Assembly (NCBI GenBank): GCA_051883415.1
Contig: JBJETR010000072.1
Coordinates: 8,506 to 72,505, forward strand
Origin: Christensenellales bacterium
GTDB lineage: Bacteria; Bacillota; Clostridia; Christensenellales; UBA3700
Direction: 5' to 3'
Length of the DNA stretch: 64,000 bases
A program made the translations under genes and the position numbers. The notes under the pieces are model-generated. The model saw nothing but the letters and a program-made list of their open reading frames with translations. It was not told the DNA's origin and ran no database searches. Shown here one piece after another: positions 49,467 to 59,100 of this stretch; the stretch's first letter is position 1; every line of letters begins with the position of its first letter.

Positions 49467-50888
49467 ATGCAAAAGGCTATCAACGACAAAATTCACGAAG
49501 AATGCGGTATTTTCGGCATATACGACAAATCCAAAGCCGGCAGTATTGCCAGCACGGTATATTACGGCTTATTCGCTCTTCAACACCGCGGTCAAGAAGC
49601 TGCCGGTATAGCTGTCAACTTCAATAGAGAGATTACTCTCGTGAGAGGTCTCGGCTTGGTGAGTGACGTATTTAAGCACAAAGACCTTGCCTCAATGCCG
49701 GGCGATATCGCCATTGGTCACGTAAGATATAGTTCCGGTCCGTTTAAGGGTGTGGAAAATGCTCAACCCATCACAGTCAACTACGCCAAAGGCAACCTTA
49801 CCGTGGCACACAACGGCAATATTACCAACTCGCAAGCTTTGCGAACGGCTCTAGAAAATCAAGGCGCAATATTCCACTCCAACAACGACAGCGAAATAAT
49901 CTGCTATCTCATAGCAAGAGAAAGACTAAAATGCAAGACGATTGAGGAGGCAGTTGCCAACGTAGTGCCTATGCTCAAAGGTGCATTCTCATTGCTAATC
50001 ATGAGTCCTACCAAGCTCATCGCATTGAGAGATCCTCTCGGCATCAGACCTCTATGTATGGGCTATATCAACGAGAGCGTCGTATTCGCTAGCGAAACTT
50101 GTGCTCTCGAAACGGTGGGCGCAAGATTTGAAAGAGATATCAAACCGGGTGAAATATTGGTGGTTAGCAAGGACGATATGTATAGCGATATGCGCTTTGC
50201 CACCGACAAGTCGGCACTGTGCATATTCGAACACGTGTACTTCGCAAGGCCCGATAGCACCATAGACAACCAAAGCGTCAACGAGGCTCGTATGAATGCG
50301 GGTAAGCTGCTGGCTATGCAATATCCCGTAGACGCAGACTTGGTAATAGGCGTGCCGGATAGCGGTCTTTGTAGTGCGATAGGCTACTCCGCTCAAAGCG
50401 GTATCCCTTACGGCACGGGACTCATCAAAAATAGATATATAGGAAGAACCTTTATTCAACCTACCCAAGCCATGAGAGAGAGAAGCGTTGCTCTCAAACT
50501 CAACGCTTTGGAGAGCAACGTCAAGGGCAAACGTATAGTGATGATCGACGACTCCATCGTAAGAGGCACTACCCTCAAAAATATCGTCAAATTGCTAAAA
50601 ACCGCCGGAGCAACCGAAGTGCACGTTCGTATCAGCTCGCCTAAATTCTTGTATCCTTGCTTCTACGGCACCGATATCCCCGATAGAAGTTGCCTAGCCG
50701 CAGTCAAGTGGACGGAAGAAGAAATTAGACAAAACCTAGATGCAGATACTCTTGGTTTCCTCAAACTAGAAAGCGTAAAAGATATCGCTCCTTGCTCGAC
50801 GACAGACTTTTGTACCGCCTGCTTTGACGGCAAATATCCGTCTTGCGTGGACAACACTATCGACTCGCAATTTATCGACAAACTGTAG
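49467..50888 (+). CDS. purF: Amidophosphoribosyltransferase
   Basis: Propeptide then EECGIFG (Cys1 intact), QHRGQE, DDSIVRGTT, Fe-S cysteines (CTACF). Confidence 0.97.
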   Translation: MQKAINDKIHEECGIFGIYDKSKAGSIASTVYYGLFALQHRGQEAAGIAVNFNREITLVRGLGLVSDVFKHKDLASMPGDIAIGHVRYSSGPFKGVENAQPITVNYAKGNLTVAHNGNITNSQALRTALENQGAIFHSNNDSEIICYLIARERLKCKTIEEAVANVVPMLKGAFSLLIMSPTKLIALRDPLGIRPLCMGYINESVVFASETCALETVGARFERDIKPGEILVVSKDDMYSDMRFATDKSALCIFEHVYFARPDSTIDNQSVNEARMNAGKLLAMQYPVDADLVIGVPDSGLCSAIGYSAQSGIPYGTGLIKNRYIGRTFIQPTQAMRERSVALKLNALESNVKGKRIVMIDDSIVRGTTLKNIVKLLKTAGATEVHVRISSPKFLYPCFYGTDIPDRSCLAAVKWTEEEIRQNLDADTLGFLKLESVKDIAPCSTTDFCTACFDGKYPSCVDNTIDSQFIDKL

Positions 50889-50896
50889 GAGAAAAT

Positions 50897-51877
50897 ATGT
50901 ACCAATCTCAACTAAATCTTATTCAAACCGAAATAGCTATCAAAACCATCAAGGACAACTTTGAAAAGTTCTTAGCAGGCAACCTAAACTTGACGAGAGT
51001 TTCCGCTCCCCTCTTCGTGCTAAACGATACGGGGCTCAACGATAACCTCAACGGCGTAGAACGCCCGGTAAGCTTTGATATCAAACAAACCGGCAAGACG
51101 GCGGAAGTCGTACATTCTCTGGCAAAATGGAAGAGATATGCTCTGCACTACTACGGCTTCGAGGTGGACAGCGGTCTATATACCGATATGAACGCTATAC
51201 GCCGTGACGAGGAATGTGACGAAATCCACTCTCTATACGTAGACCAATGGGATTGGGAAAGAGTCATCAGCGAAGAAGAACGCAACCTCGCTTTCCTCAA
51301 GGAAATCGTAGGCAAGATATACGACGCTATCTATTCTACTGCCAACCTCATCGAAAGCACGTACGGTCTTGAAAACTTTTTGCCTAAACAAATCACCTTT
51401 ATCACCTCGCAAGAGTTGGAAGACATTTATCCCGACCTCGAGCCTAAGGAGAGAGAGAACGAACTAGCTAAACAACTCGGTGCAATATTCATCATAGGTA
51501 TCGGCGACGAATTGAAATCGGGCAAGCCTCACGACAACCGCGCACCCGACTACGACGACTGGGCTCTCAACGGCGACCTCATCGTATGGTATCCCGTGCT
51601 CAACCGTTCGGTGGAATTGTCGTCGATGGGTATAAGAGTCAACAAGGACGCTATGCTATACCAGCTTAACAAATTAGGTGCATGCGACAGACTCGAGCTT
51701 GCTTTCCACAAGGCTTTGATGAATGACGAATTGCCACTGACTATTGGCGGTGGTATAGGTCAATCTCGCCTCTGCATGGTACTTTTGCACAAGGCACATA
51801 TCGGCGAAGTGCAAAACTCTATTTGGCCCGACGAGATGGTGGAAGAGTGCAAGAATAAAAACATCTTTTTGCTGTAA
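50897..51877 (+). CDS. asnA: Aspartate-ammonia ligase
   Basis: NDNLNGVERPV, HSLAKWKR, VDQWDWE, RAPDYDDW, TIGGGIGQSR. Confidence 0.97.
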   Translation: MYQSQLNLIQTEIAIKTIKDNFEKFLAGNLNLTRVSAPLFVLNDTGLNDNLNGVERPVSFDIKQTGKTAEVVHSLAKWKRYALHYYGFEVDSGLYTDMNAIRRDEECDEIHSLYVDQWDWERVISEEERNLAFLKEIVGKIYDAIYSTANLIESTYGLENFLPKQITFITSQELEDIYPDLEPKERENELAKQLGAIFIIGIGDELKSGKPHDNRAPDYDDWALNGDLIVWYPVLNRSVELSSMGIRVNKDAMLYQLNKLGACDRLELAFHKALMNDELPLTIGGGIGQSRLCMVLLHKAHIGEVQNSIWPDEMVEECKNKNIFLL

Positions 51878-51904
51878 AAAGTCGATACGTATCGATAAAA
51901 TTAT

Positions 51905-51934
51905 AAAAGTGACCTAATATATTAGGTCACTTTT
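51905..51934 (+). terminator. Intrinsic terminator after asnA
   Basis: AAAAGTGACCTAAT-AT-ATTAGGTCACTTTT. Confidence 0.8.
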
Positions 51935-52036
51935 GTTTTGGATATTACGTAGCAAAAAGTCTACGTCTTATAATAGTCGTCTTGTTGTTGAAAGCAACGA
52001 ACAATCGTTGAGTACAACCAAGCTATCTAAGCAAGG

Positions 52037-52609
52037 CTATTGCCATTGGGGTAGCAACTTGATAAAGACGTAGTCACCGTCTAACGTGCCCGTAGATACG
52101 TAATTATTGCACTCGTGCATGACGTAGAAGTTGGATTCTACATTCCAACCCGCGAAAGTCTTACCGTCTTGAGTAGGAATTGGTAGTCCATGCCCGAAAT
52201 CATCTAAGTCTTGGTAAGTATAGTATTGATACTCTATCAAAAACCAAACCTTTCTAACGACGAACTCTTCTTCATCCTCTTCTTGCGGAACCGGCAATAT
52301 CTCACCTACTGCCACTTGTACTCTCACCCCGAGCGAAAGCGCCTTGGCAACAAACTCTTCTATCTCCATTCCCGAAGAAGTTGCGTATAATTCCGCCACT
52401 TGGTGGCGAGTTTCGCTATCCTTATATCTACCTAAGTCTTCATAGATAAGCATTGAGTTGTAATAATCGCCTTTGAGTAGCTCTGAGCCTGCATCGGCAT
52501 AGCGTAGATTGGGATTGACAAACCCCACCATAAAAGCCACCGCGCCGATAAGTATTACGGCACACACTACGGTAAGTATGATTATCGGTTTTTCACGAAC
52601 GTTGTTCAT
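52037..52609 (-). CDS. Membrane-anchored hypothetical protein (TPR-like YKDS segment, InlB-B-like tail)
   Basis: N-terminal TM, LGRYKDS, LPIPTQDGKTFAGW; AAGGAGG RBS. Confidence 0.65.
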   Translation of the reverse strand: MNNVREKPIIILTVVCAVILIGAVAFMVGFVNPNLRYADAGSELLKGDYYNSMLIYEDLGRYKDSETRHQVAELYATSSGMEIEEFVAKALSLGVRVQVAVGEILPVPQEEDEEEFVVRKVWFLIEYQYYTYQDLDDFGHGLPIPTQDGKTFAGWNVESNFYVMHECNNYVSTGTLDGDYVFIKLLPQWQ

Positions 52610-52725
52610 AAGCTGTCCTCCTTGTAATCATATCCTACACGATTGACGCTCAATATGTCTGCACCGTTTTGAAAACAATGCAAAGAAATCACGCATCTTT
52701 TTGAAAAAATAAAAACGTTGCAAAA

Positions 52726-53220
52726 CTATTGGATATCTTTTTGCTTCTTGGCATATAACATCTTGAAAAAGCAATAAATCAAACCAACTACGCTTGCTAC
52801 AATTGCAAATATCGTGCAACAAGCCGTAATAACCGCATTGAAAGCTGACTGCGTGCCGAGATAGGACTCTAAACTCCAAAAAGTCTTTTGTCCCCAAAGC
52901 GCAATAAGTACGCAAGTAATAATGAGCCCGACTATCAATGATACGCCTATAGCGACCTTTTGGGCTATAGCTGAGGTAGGACGAGCGGATTTTTCGTTGA
53001 AAGTATTAGCAACTGTTGCGACTGGTTGCTCTACGACAAAGTAGCCTTTAGGTAAAGCAAAGGCTCTCTCTACGTCCTCTAAATGCTTCTTGGACGGTGT
53101 TTGTTTGTCACGCTCCCATAGAGAAATGGTGTTGCGTTCTACACCTATCCGCTCGGCAAAGCTCTCTTGCGATAGCCCTAGCGATAGACGTAAACGTTTG
53201 ATTTGTTGTCCTACTCTCAT
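52726..53220 (-). CDS. XRE-family HTH regulator with two C-terminal TM helices
   Basis: IKRLRLSLGLSQESFAERIGVERNTISLWERD plus two hydrophobic segments. Confidence 0.85.
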   Translation of the reverse strand: MRVGQQIKRLRLSLGLSQESFAERIGVERNTISLWERDKQTPSKKHLEDVERAFALPKGYFVVEQPVATVANTFNEKSARPTSAIAQKVAIGVSLIVGLIITCVLIALWGQKTFWSLESYLGTQSAFNAVITACCTIFAIVASVVGLIYCFFKMLYAKKQKDIQ

Positions 53221-53557
53221 ACTCTCTCCTTGCAAGTATTATATCATATCGCTACCGCCTTTTCAATATAAAAATTTTGGCAAACAAAGCCTCATACTCG
53301 CATAATAATTCTCAGTCTTTTGGGTGGCTGAGGGAACGGGCTGCAGTATAACGACAACGATAACTGCAAAAATTCCGCTCGTCCGTGACGGTGGAATAGT
53401 GTAAAATAAAGCATATATTTGCTATAAAAAGTCGATACATATCGATAAAATTGAAAAGGAGGAACAATCGTTTCTCCTTTTTGATACTAACAAAATACCA
53501 CCCGACATAGCGAGTGGTATTTGTTTTACTAAATATTTATTAAGAGAATGGAAAAGA

Positions 53558-54814
53558 TTATTTCTTAACCAAAACCTTCTTAAGCTTAGCAAATCTTGGA
53601 AGACCGTCCTCGAGAGGAGCTTTGCAGTCGCCTTGGATGAGTGGCAAAGCGTAGTCAACGTAGTCTTGCGAAAGCATTGTGCCGTCGTTGATAATCCACT
53701 CGGCAGGAATCTTCTTCTCGGTGTTGGCAGCCTTAGAAAGACCTACTACGCCGATTTTGCACTTATATTTGCCGTTAGCACCCGTAGCTCTCTTGAGTAC
53801 GACCATCTTGTCGGTAGTACCTCTAACTGCGTACTTAACTGCAGCCGCACCCGACTTGAAGGCTTCCTCTACGTCCACCTTGGAAGCAAGGTGAGCGCCG
53901 CATCTTTGCATAAGGCTAAATTCGATTGCTCTGGTCTTGTGACCGAATTTCTCTTTGCACAAGTTGCTGAGTGCCGCACCTACACCGCCGAGTTGTGCGT
54001 GTCCGAAGCTGTCTTTAGCAATGTTCTTGTTGAGAGTTTCTGCAATGAGCTCGCCGTTCTCGTTGGCAATACCTTCGGAGATGGCAATCATACATTTGCC
54101 GTTGTTCTCGGCGAGTTTCTTCTCAACGTCGGCAAGGAATTTGTCGGTGTTGAAAGGAACCTCAGGGAGATAGATAAGGTCAGGACCGAGTCCTTTGTAG
54201 TTAGCCAAAGAAGCAGCTGCGGTCAACCAACCTGCGTGTCTGCCCATGATTTCTACTACGGTAATCATTGGGGTATCGTATACGTTGGCGTCAAGCTTGA
54301 GTTCCATCATAGTGGTAGCTACGTACTTAGCTGCGGAAGCGTATCCAGGGCAGTGGTCGGTACCGTAAAGGTCGTTGTCGATAGTCTTAGGTACGCCCAT
54401 AACTCTCATTTCCCAATCGTTCTTCTTCATAAACTTGCTGATTTTGTTGCAAGTATCCATAGAGTCGTTGCCACCGTTGTAGAAGAAGTATCTGATATTG
54501 TACTTCTTGAATACTTCGAGCAATCTCTTGTAGTCGGTGTCGTCCTTCTTGACGTCCTTGAGCTTGTATCTTACCGAACCGAGTGCGGACGAAGGGGTGT
54601 TTTTGAGAAGCATAAGTTCGCTCATATCCTCTTGGGACATATCGTAAAATTCTTCGTCAAGCACACCTTTGATACCGTGAGCCGCACCGTATACCGCAGT
54701 AATACAGTCTTGTTTGAGCGCCTCGGTGAATACGCCTGCAGCGCTTGCGTTGATAACGGATGATGGTCCGCCCGATTGACCGAACATCAATGCTCCTACC
54801 AATTTCTTTTCCAT
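53558..54814 (-). CDS. pfp: Pyrophosphate-dependent phosphofructokinase
   Basis: QSGGP, GGNDSMD (Asp) and PKTIDND (Lys), the PPi-specificity signature. Confidence 0.85.
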   Translation of the reverse strand: MEKKLVGALMFGQSGGPSSVINASAAGVFTEALKQDCITAVYGAAHGIKGVLDEEFYDMSQEDMSELMLLKNTPSSALGSVRYKLKDVKKDDTDYKRLLEVFKKYNIRYFFYNGGNDSMDTCNKISKFMKKNDWEMRVMGVPKTIDNDLYGTDHCPGYASAAKYVATTMMELKLDANVYDTPMITVVEIMGRHAGWLTAAASLANYKGLGPDLIYLPEVPFNTDKFLADVEKKLAENNGKCMIAISEGIANENGELIAETLNKNIAKDSFGHAQLGGVGAALSNLCKEKFGHKTRAIEFSLMQRCGAHLASKVDVEEAFKSGAAAVKYAVRGTTDKMVVLKRATGANGKYKCKIGVVGLSKAANTEKKIPAEWIINDGTMLSQDYVDYALPLIQGDCKAPLEDGLPRFAKLKKVLVKK

Positions 54815-54831
54815 AAGTAAACCTCCAAAAA

Positions 54832-55797
54832 TTAACTTCCTAATATTGTTGCTGTCTTGTACAGCTCATTGTTGAATACTCTCGGCATAGCCAAAGCTTC
54901 GGCTATGTCGTCGTCGATAATCTGGTTGTTGCGAATGCCAACCACTCTACCGCCCTTGTCGGCTTTGAGCAAATCCACCGCTCTCACCGCAAACTTGGCG
55001 CCTAACATACGGTCTTGCATAGTAGGTGCGCCACCTCTTTGGATATATCCCAGAGTCGTCGTCTTGATACTGCCCTCGACTCCCTTGGCTTTGAGTTGAG
55101 TTTTGAGGTCCTCTGCTTTGCAAACGCCCTCTGCAAGCACTATGATATCCGACGTCTTGCCAAGTCTTTGGTTACGTCTGATGCCTTTGACTACGTTGTC
55201 GATATTGAACTCTACCTCCGGTACGAGTATGAGTTCCGCACCACCTCCGATACCTGCGTATAGAGCAATGTCGCCACACTTCCTACCCATAACTTCGATG
55301 ATACATACGCGGTTGTGGGAGGTCATAGTGTCACGCAAGTTGTTGATTGCGCCAAGCACGGTGTTGCAAGTGGTGTCAAAGCCCAAAGTAAAGTCGGTGT
55401 ATGCAAGGTCGTTGTCGATAGTGCCCGGAATGCCTATAGTCTTGACGCCGAACATTTCGTACAAATCCTTAGCGCCTCTAAAACTGCCGTCGCCACCGAT
55501 GACAACCAAGCCTTCGATGCCGTAGTCGTCGAGAGCATCTACGGCTCTCGCCATAACCTCTCTCTCCTTGAACTCGGGACATCTTGCCGTCTTGAGCATA
55601 GTTCCGCCACGCTGAATGATATCGGATACGCTACGCTTGTTCATAAGATTGATACTACCTTGCAACAAGCCTACGTAGCCTTGATTGATTCCGTACACTT
55701 CCAGACCTTGGTCGATTGCGTATCTGGTGACTGCTCTAATGCAAGCGTTCATTCCCGGTGCATCGCCACCGCTGGTCAATACTCCAATCTTTCTCAT
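54832..55797 (-). CDS. pfkA: ATP-dependent 6-phosphofructokinase
   Basis: TSGGDAPGMN, GGDGS, PGTIDND. Confidence 0.95.
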   Translation of the reverse strand: MRKIGVLTSGGDAPGMNACIRAVTRYAIDQGLEVYGINQGYVGLLQGSINLMNKRSVSDIIQRGGTMLKTARCPEFKEREVMARAVDALDDYGIEGLVVIGGDGSFRGAKDLYEMFGVKTIGIPGTIDNDLAYTDFTLGFDTTCNTVLGAINNLRDTMTSHNRVCIIEVMGRKCGDIALYAGIGGGAELILVPEVEFNIDNVVKGIRRNQRLGKTSDIIVLAEGVCKAEDLKTQLKAKGVEGSIKTTTLGYIQRGGAPTMQDRMLGAKFAVRAVDLLKADKGGRVVGIRNNQIIDDDIAEALAMPRVFNNELYKTATILGS

Positions 55798-56027
55798 TGT
55801 TCGTCTCCACAAATAAGTTGACCGTATTTGGTCAATACGATTGCCTTTCCTCTAATTTTCATAGCGGAAATGTTCTCGGTAAATTGCACCAAAAGCACTT
55901 CGTTTTTGTTGATACTCTCGGTATGATGAGGCTTGGTACCGTCACCTCTGGTCAAGCCTATAATCTGAACGTTGTTGTCCAATGCTTTGATAGCAACGTA
56001 CTCTCCGCTGACGTATTGATTGTCCAT
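55794..56027 (-). CDS. mtrB: TRAP-like trp RNA-binding attenuation protein (divergent)
   Basis: IKA...IGLTRG..TK.HH.E....EV...QFTE..SA.KIRG. Confidence 0.88.
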   Translation of the reverse strand: MDNQYVSGEYVAIKALDNNVQIIGLTRGDGTKPHHTESINKNEVLLVQFTENISAMKIRGKAIVLTKYGQLICGDEQ

Positions 56028-56100
56028 ACTTCACCTCTTTTTTGATAATTTTAGCATATTTTTTGAAGAAATACTACTTTTTTGTATATTATTTATATAC

Positions 56101-59100
56101 TTATCCTTTAATTATTATATTTTTGGCACCGACTATTGCCTTGATTCGGTTGATTACGTTGTCTCGACAGGATATTTTTTCTTCTAATTTGTACAACGTC
56201 TTTTCGAATTGTACGAATACGGGCACTTTGCCGGGAGCGTTGCGACATACTGCTTTGACTTCTGCAAGTTGAGTCATATCGGATATTTTGACGTATAGTC
56301 TTTGCGTCGTTTCTTCTTGTTCGGCATCGTTGCTTGCACCACCGCCAGACGACGTAAATCCGTCGTTCTCCCAATCGCTGACGTCGATGACCGCAATGGA
56401 TACTCTATCGCCGTCGGTATTGATTCTTCCCCTAATCTTGACAATCTTATCGTCATGCAAAACATTTGAATACTTGGCAAGCACGGCAGGGAAAAATACC
56501 AGCTCTATCGTAGCGTGCAAATCCTCCAACTCTCCGTACGCCATAAGCTTACCCTTTTTGGTGACGCTCTTTTTGAAGTTTTTGAGCATTCCGCCCAAAA
56601 TCACCTCTCTATCGGAATACTTGGCAATAAGCTCGTCTCTTTCGTTGATAACGCCCTCCTCGTCCTCTTCTTCCTCGTTAGATGCCGTAAGAAGCGGTGC
56701 AATATGCGACAAGTTGAATTCAAACTGTTCGAATGCCTGTCTATATTGCTCGAGAGGGTGTCCCGTCATGTATATATTGAGTACTTCCTTCTCGTAGGTG
56801 TATTTTTGACGAGAATCCATCTCTTTGAGCTCGGGGATTTCGTCTTGAAGCGCACTGTCGTCCTCAAGAAAATCAAATAAGCTCATCTGCCCGTCACAAT
56901 GTCTCTTCTTCTCTGCGTTGGAATTGGTAAGTAGATTTTCGTAACAAGCTAACAAAGAAGCTCTGGTGTGTCCAAAGCAGTCGAACGCACCACCCTTGAT
57001 GAGTGCTTCGAACATACGCTTGTTGATGGTGCCTGCAGGAAGTCTGTTGAGCATATCGCCTATAGACTTAAATTCGCCTCTCTCTTGACGCTCCTTGACT
57101 AGCACTTCCATAGCGGCTTGTCCAACGTTCTTGATACCGCAAAGTCCAAATCTAATGGCGTCGTCCTTAGCACGGAAGATATAGTCGCTCTTGTTGATAT
57201 CGGGTTGCAGTACCTTCTTGCCCTTCTCTCTCAAGAAGGTGAGGTATTTGGCAATTTCGTCGGCTTTGGTAATGCGATTGTTGATAACCGCCGCAACCAA
57301 CTCTACCAAATAATAGCGTTTGATATATCCCGTCTCGTACGCCAAAACGGCATAAGCCGCAGCGTGCGACTTGTTGAAAGCGTACTTGGCAAAGCTCTCC
57401 ATATCGTCGAATATCTTGCCGGCAATCTCGGCAGGAACGCCTCTCTTGACAGCACCGTCAACGGCAAGTTCGTGCTTTTGGATAATCTCGCCCAATTCGT
57501 TACGTTTCTCTTGCTTCTCGGGGCAACCGTTGATGAAGATATCCTTCTCCTTTTTCATGACGTCGACTTTTTTCTTACCCATCGCACGGCGTAGAATATC
57601 GGCTCTACCCAGCGTATAGCCCGCCAACTGTTGCACGACTTGCATAACTTGCTCTTGATACACCAGGCACCCGTAAGTCATGTTGAGGATAGGCTCGAGC
57701 AAAGGATGGTCGTAGGTTATCGTCTCGGGGTTGTGCTTAGCACGCACGTATGTCGGTATGCTATCTATAGGTCCCGGTCTATATAGCGAGATGCCCGCAA
57801 TGATATCTTCCAGACATTCGGGTTGCAAATCCATCATAAACTTCTTCATACCCGCCGACTCCAATTGGAATACTGCGTCGGTTTCGCCCGAGCTGATGAG
57901 TTTGTATACCTCGGGATCTTCGTAACCCAACTTCTCGAAGTCTATCTCAATGCCGTAATTTTCTTTGATATACTGCTTGGCTTTGCTAAGGTCTGTGAGG
58001 GTGGTAAGCCCCAAAAAGTCCATCTTGAGCATGCCGAGTTCTTCTACCTCGTCCTTTTGGAATTGGGTAGTTATATCGTTGCCGTTACGTTGCAATGGCA
58101 CGTAGTCGGATATGATTTCTTTGCATATTACCACGCCCGCAGCGTGCTTGGAACAGTTGCGTGGCATGCCCTCTATCTTGTAAGCCATGTCGATGACTCG
58201 GCGCATCTCGTCGTCGTTTTCGTACATTTCGATGACCTCGGGACACTTGCTCGCTTCTAACTCGGCTCTCTTCTTTTCTCTCTCCTCGGGATCTTTGATA
58301 TCGTCTACACTCACCCTACCGAGCACCATATCGAGGGTAAGTCCCGGAGTGTTAGGAATGGCTTTGGTGGTCTTGTTGACCTTATCGAGGCTGACGTCCA
58401 TAACTCTCGCCACGTCCTTGATTGCACCCTTGGCTTTCATTGTGCCAAGCGCCAAAATTTGACAAACCTTCTCTTTGCCGTATCTGCGAATGACGTACTC
58501 GATAACCTCTCCGCGTCTATCCATACAAAAGTCTACGTCAAAGTCGGGCGCAGATACTCTCTCAGGATTGAGAAAACGCTCGAAGAGAAGATTGTATCTG
58601 AGCGGATCTACGTTGGTGATATGTATAGCGTAAGCGATAATACTACCCACGCCGCTACCACGACCTGCACCGACAGGTATGCCTTGCTGACGAGCGTAGT
58701 TAATAAAGTCCCACACTATGAGATAGTATTCGTCAAAGCCCATACGGTGAATTATGCCAAGCTCGTACTCGGCTCTCTCCACAATGTCGGAACGCAACGG
58801 CTCTCCGTATCTCTTCTTGAGTCCGTCATAGGCAAGTTTTCTTAGATACTGCTCGGGCGTAGAACCGTCGTCCGGCTTGTACGGTGGCATCAGGTCTTGC
58901 TTTTTGATTTCGATATTGCACTTTTCCATTACCTCTACGGTATTGGTAACCGCTTCGGGACACCAACTGAAAAGCTCCATCATCTCGTCGTAGTCTTTGA
59001 GATAGAATTGGTCACTGTCAAACCTCATTCTATCCACGTCATCGAGCTTCTTGCCCGTCTGAATACATAGCAAAGTATCGTGCATTTCGGCATCCGACTG

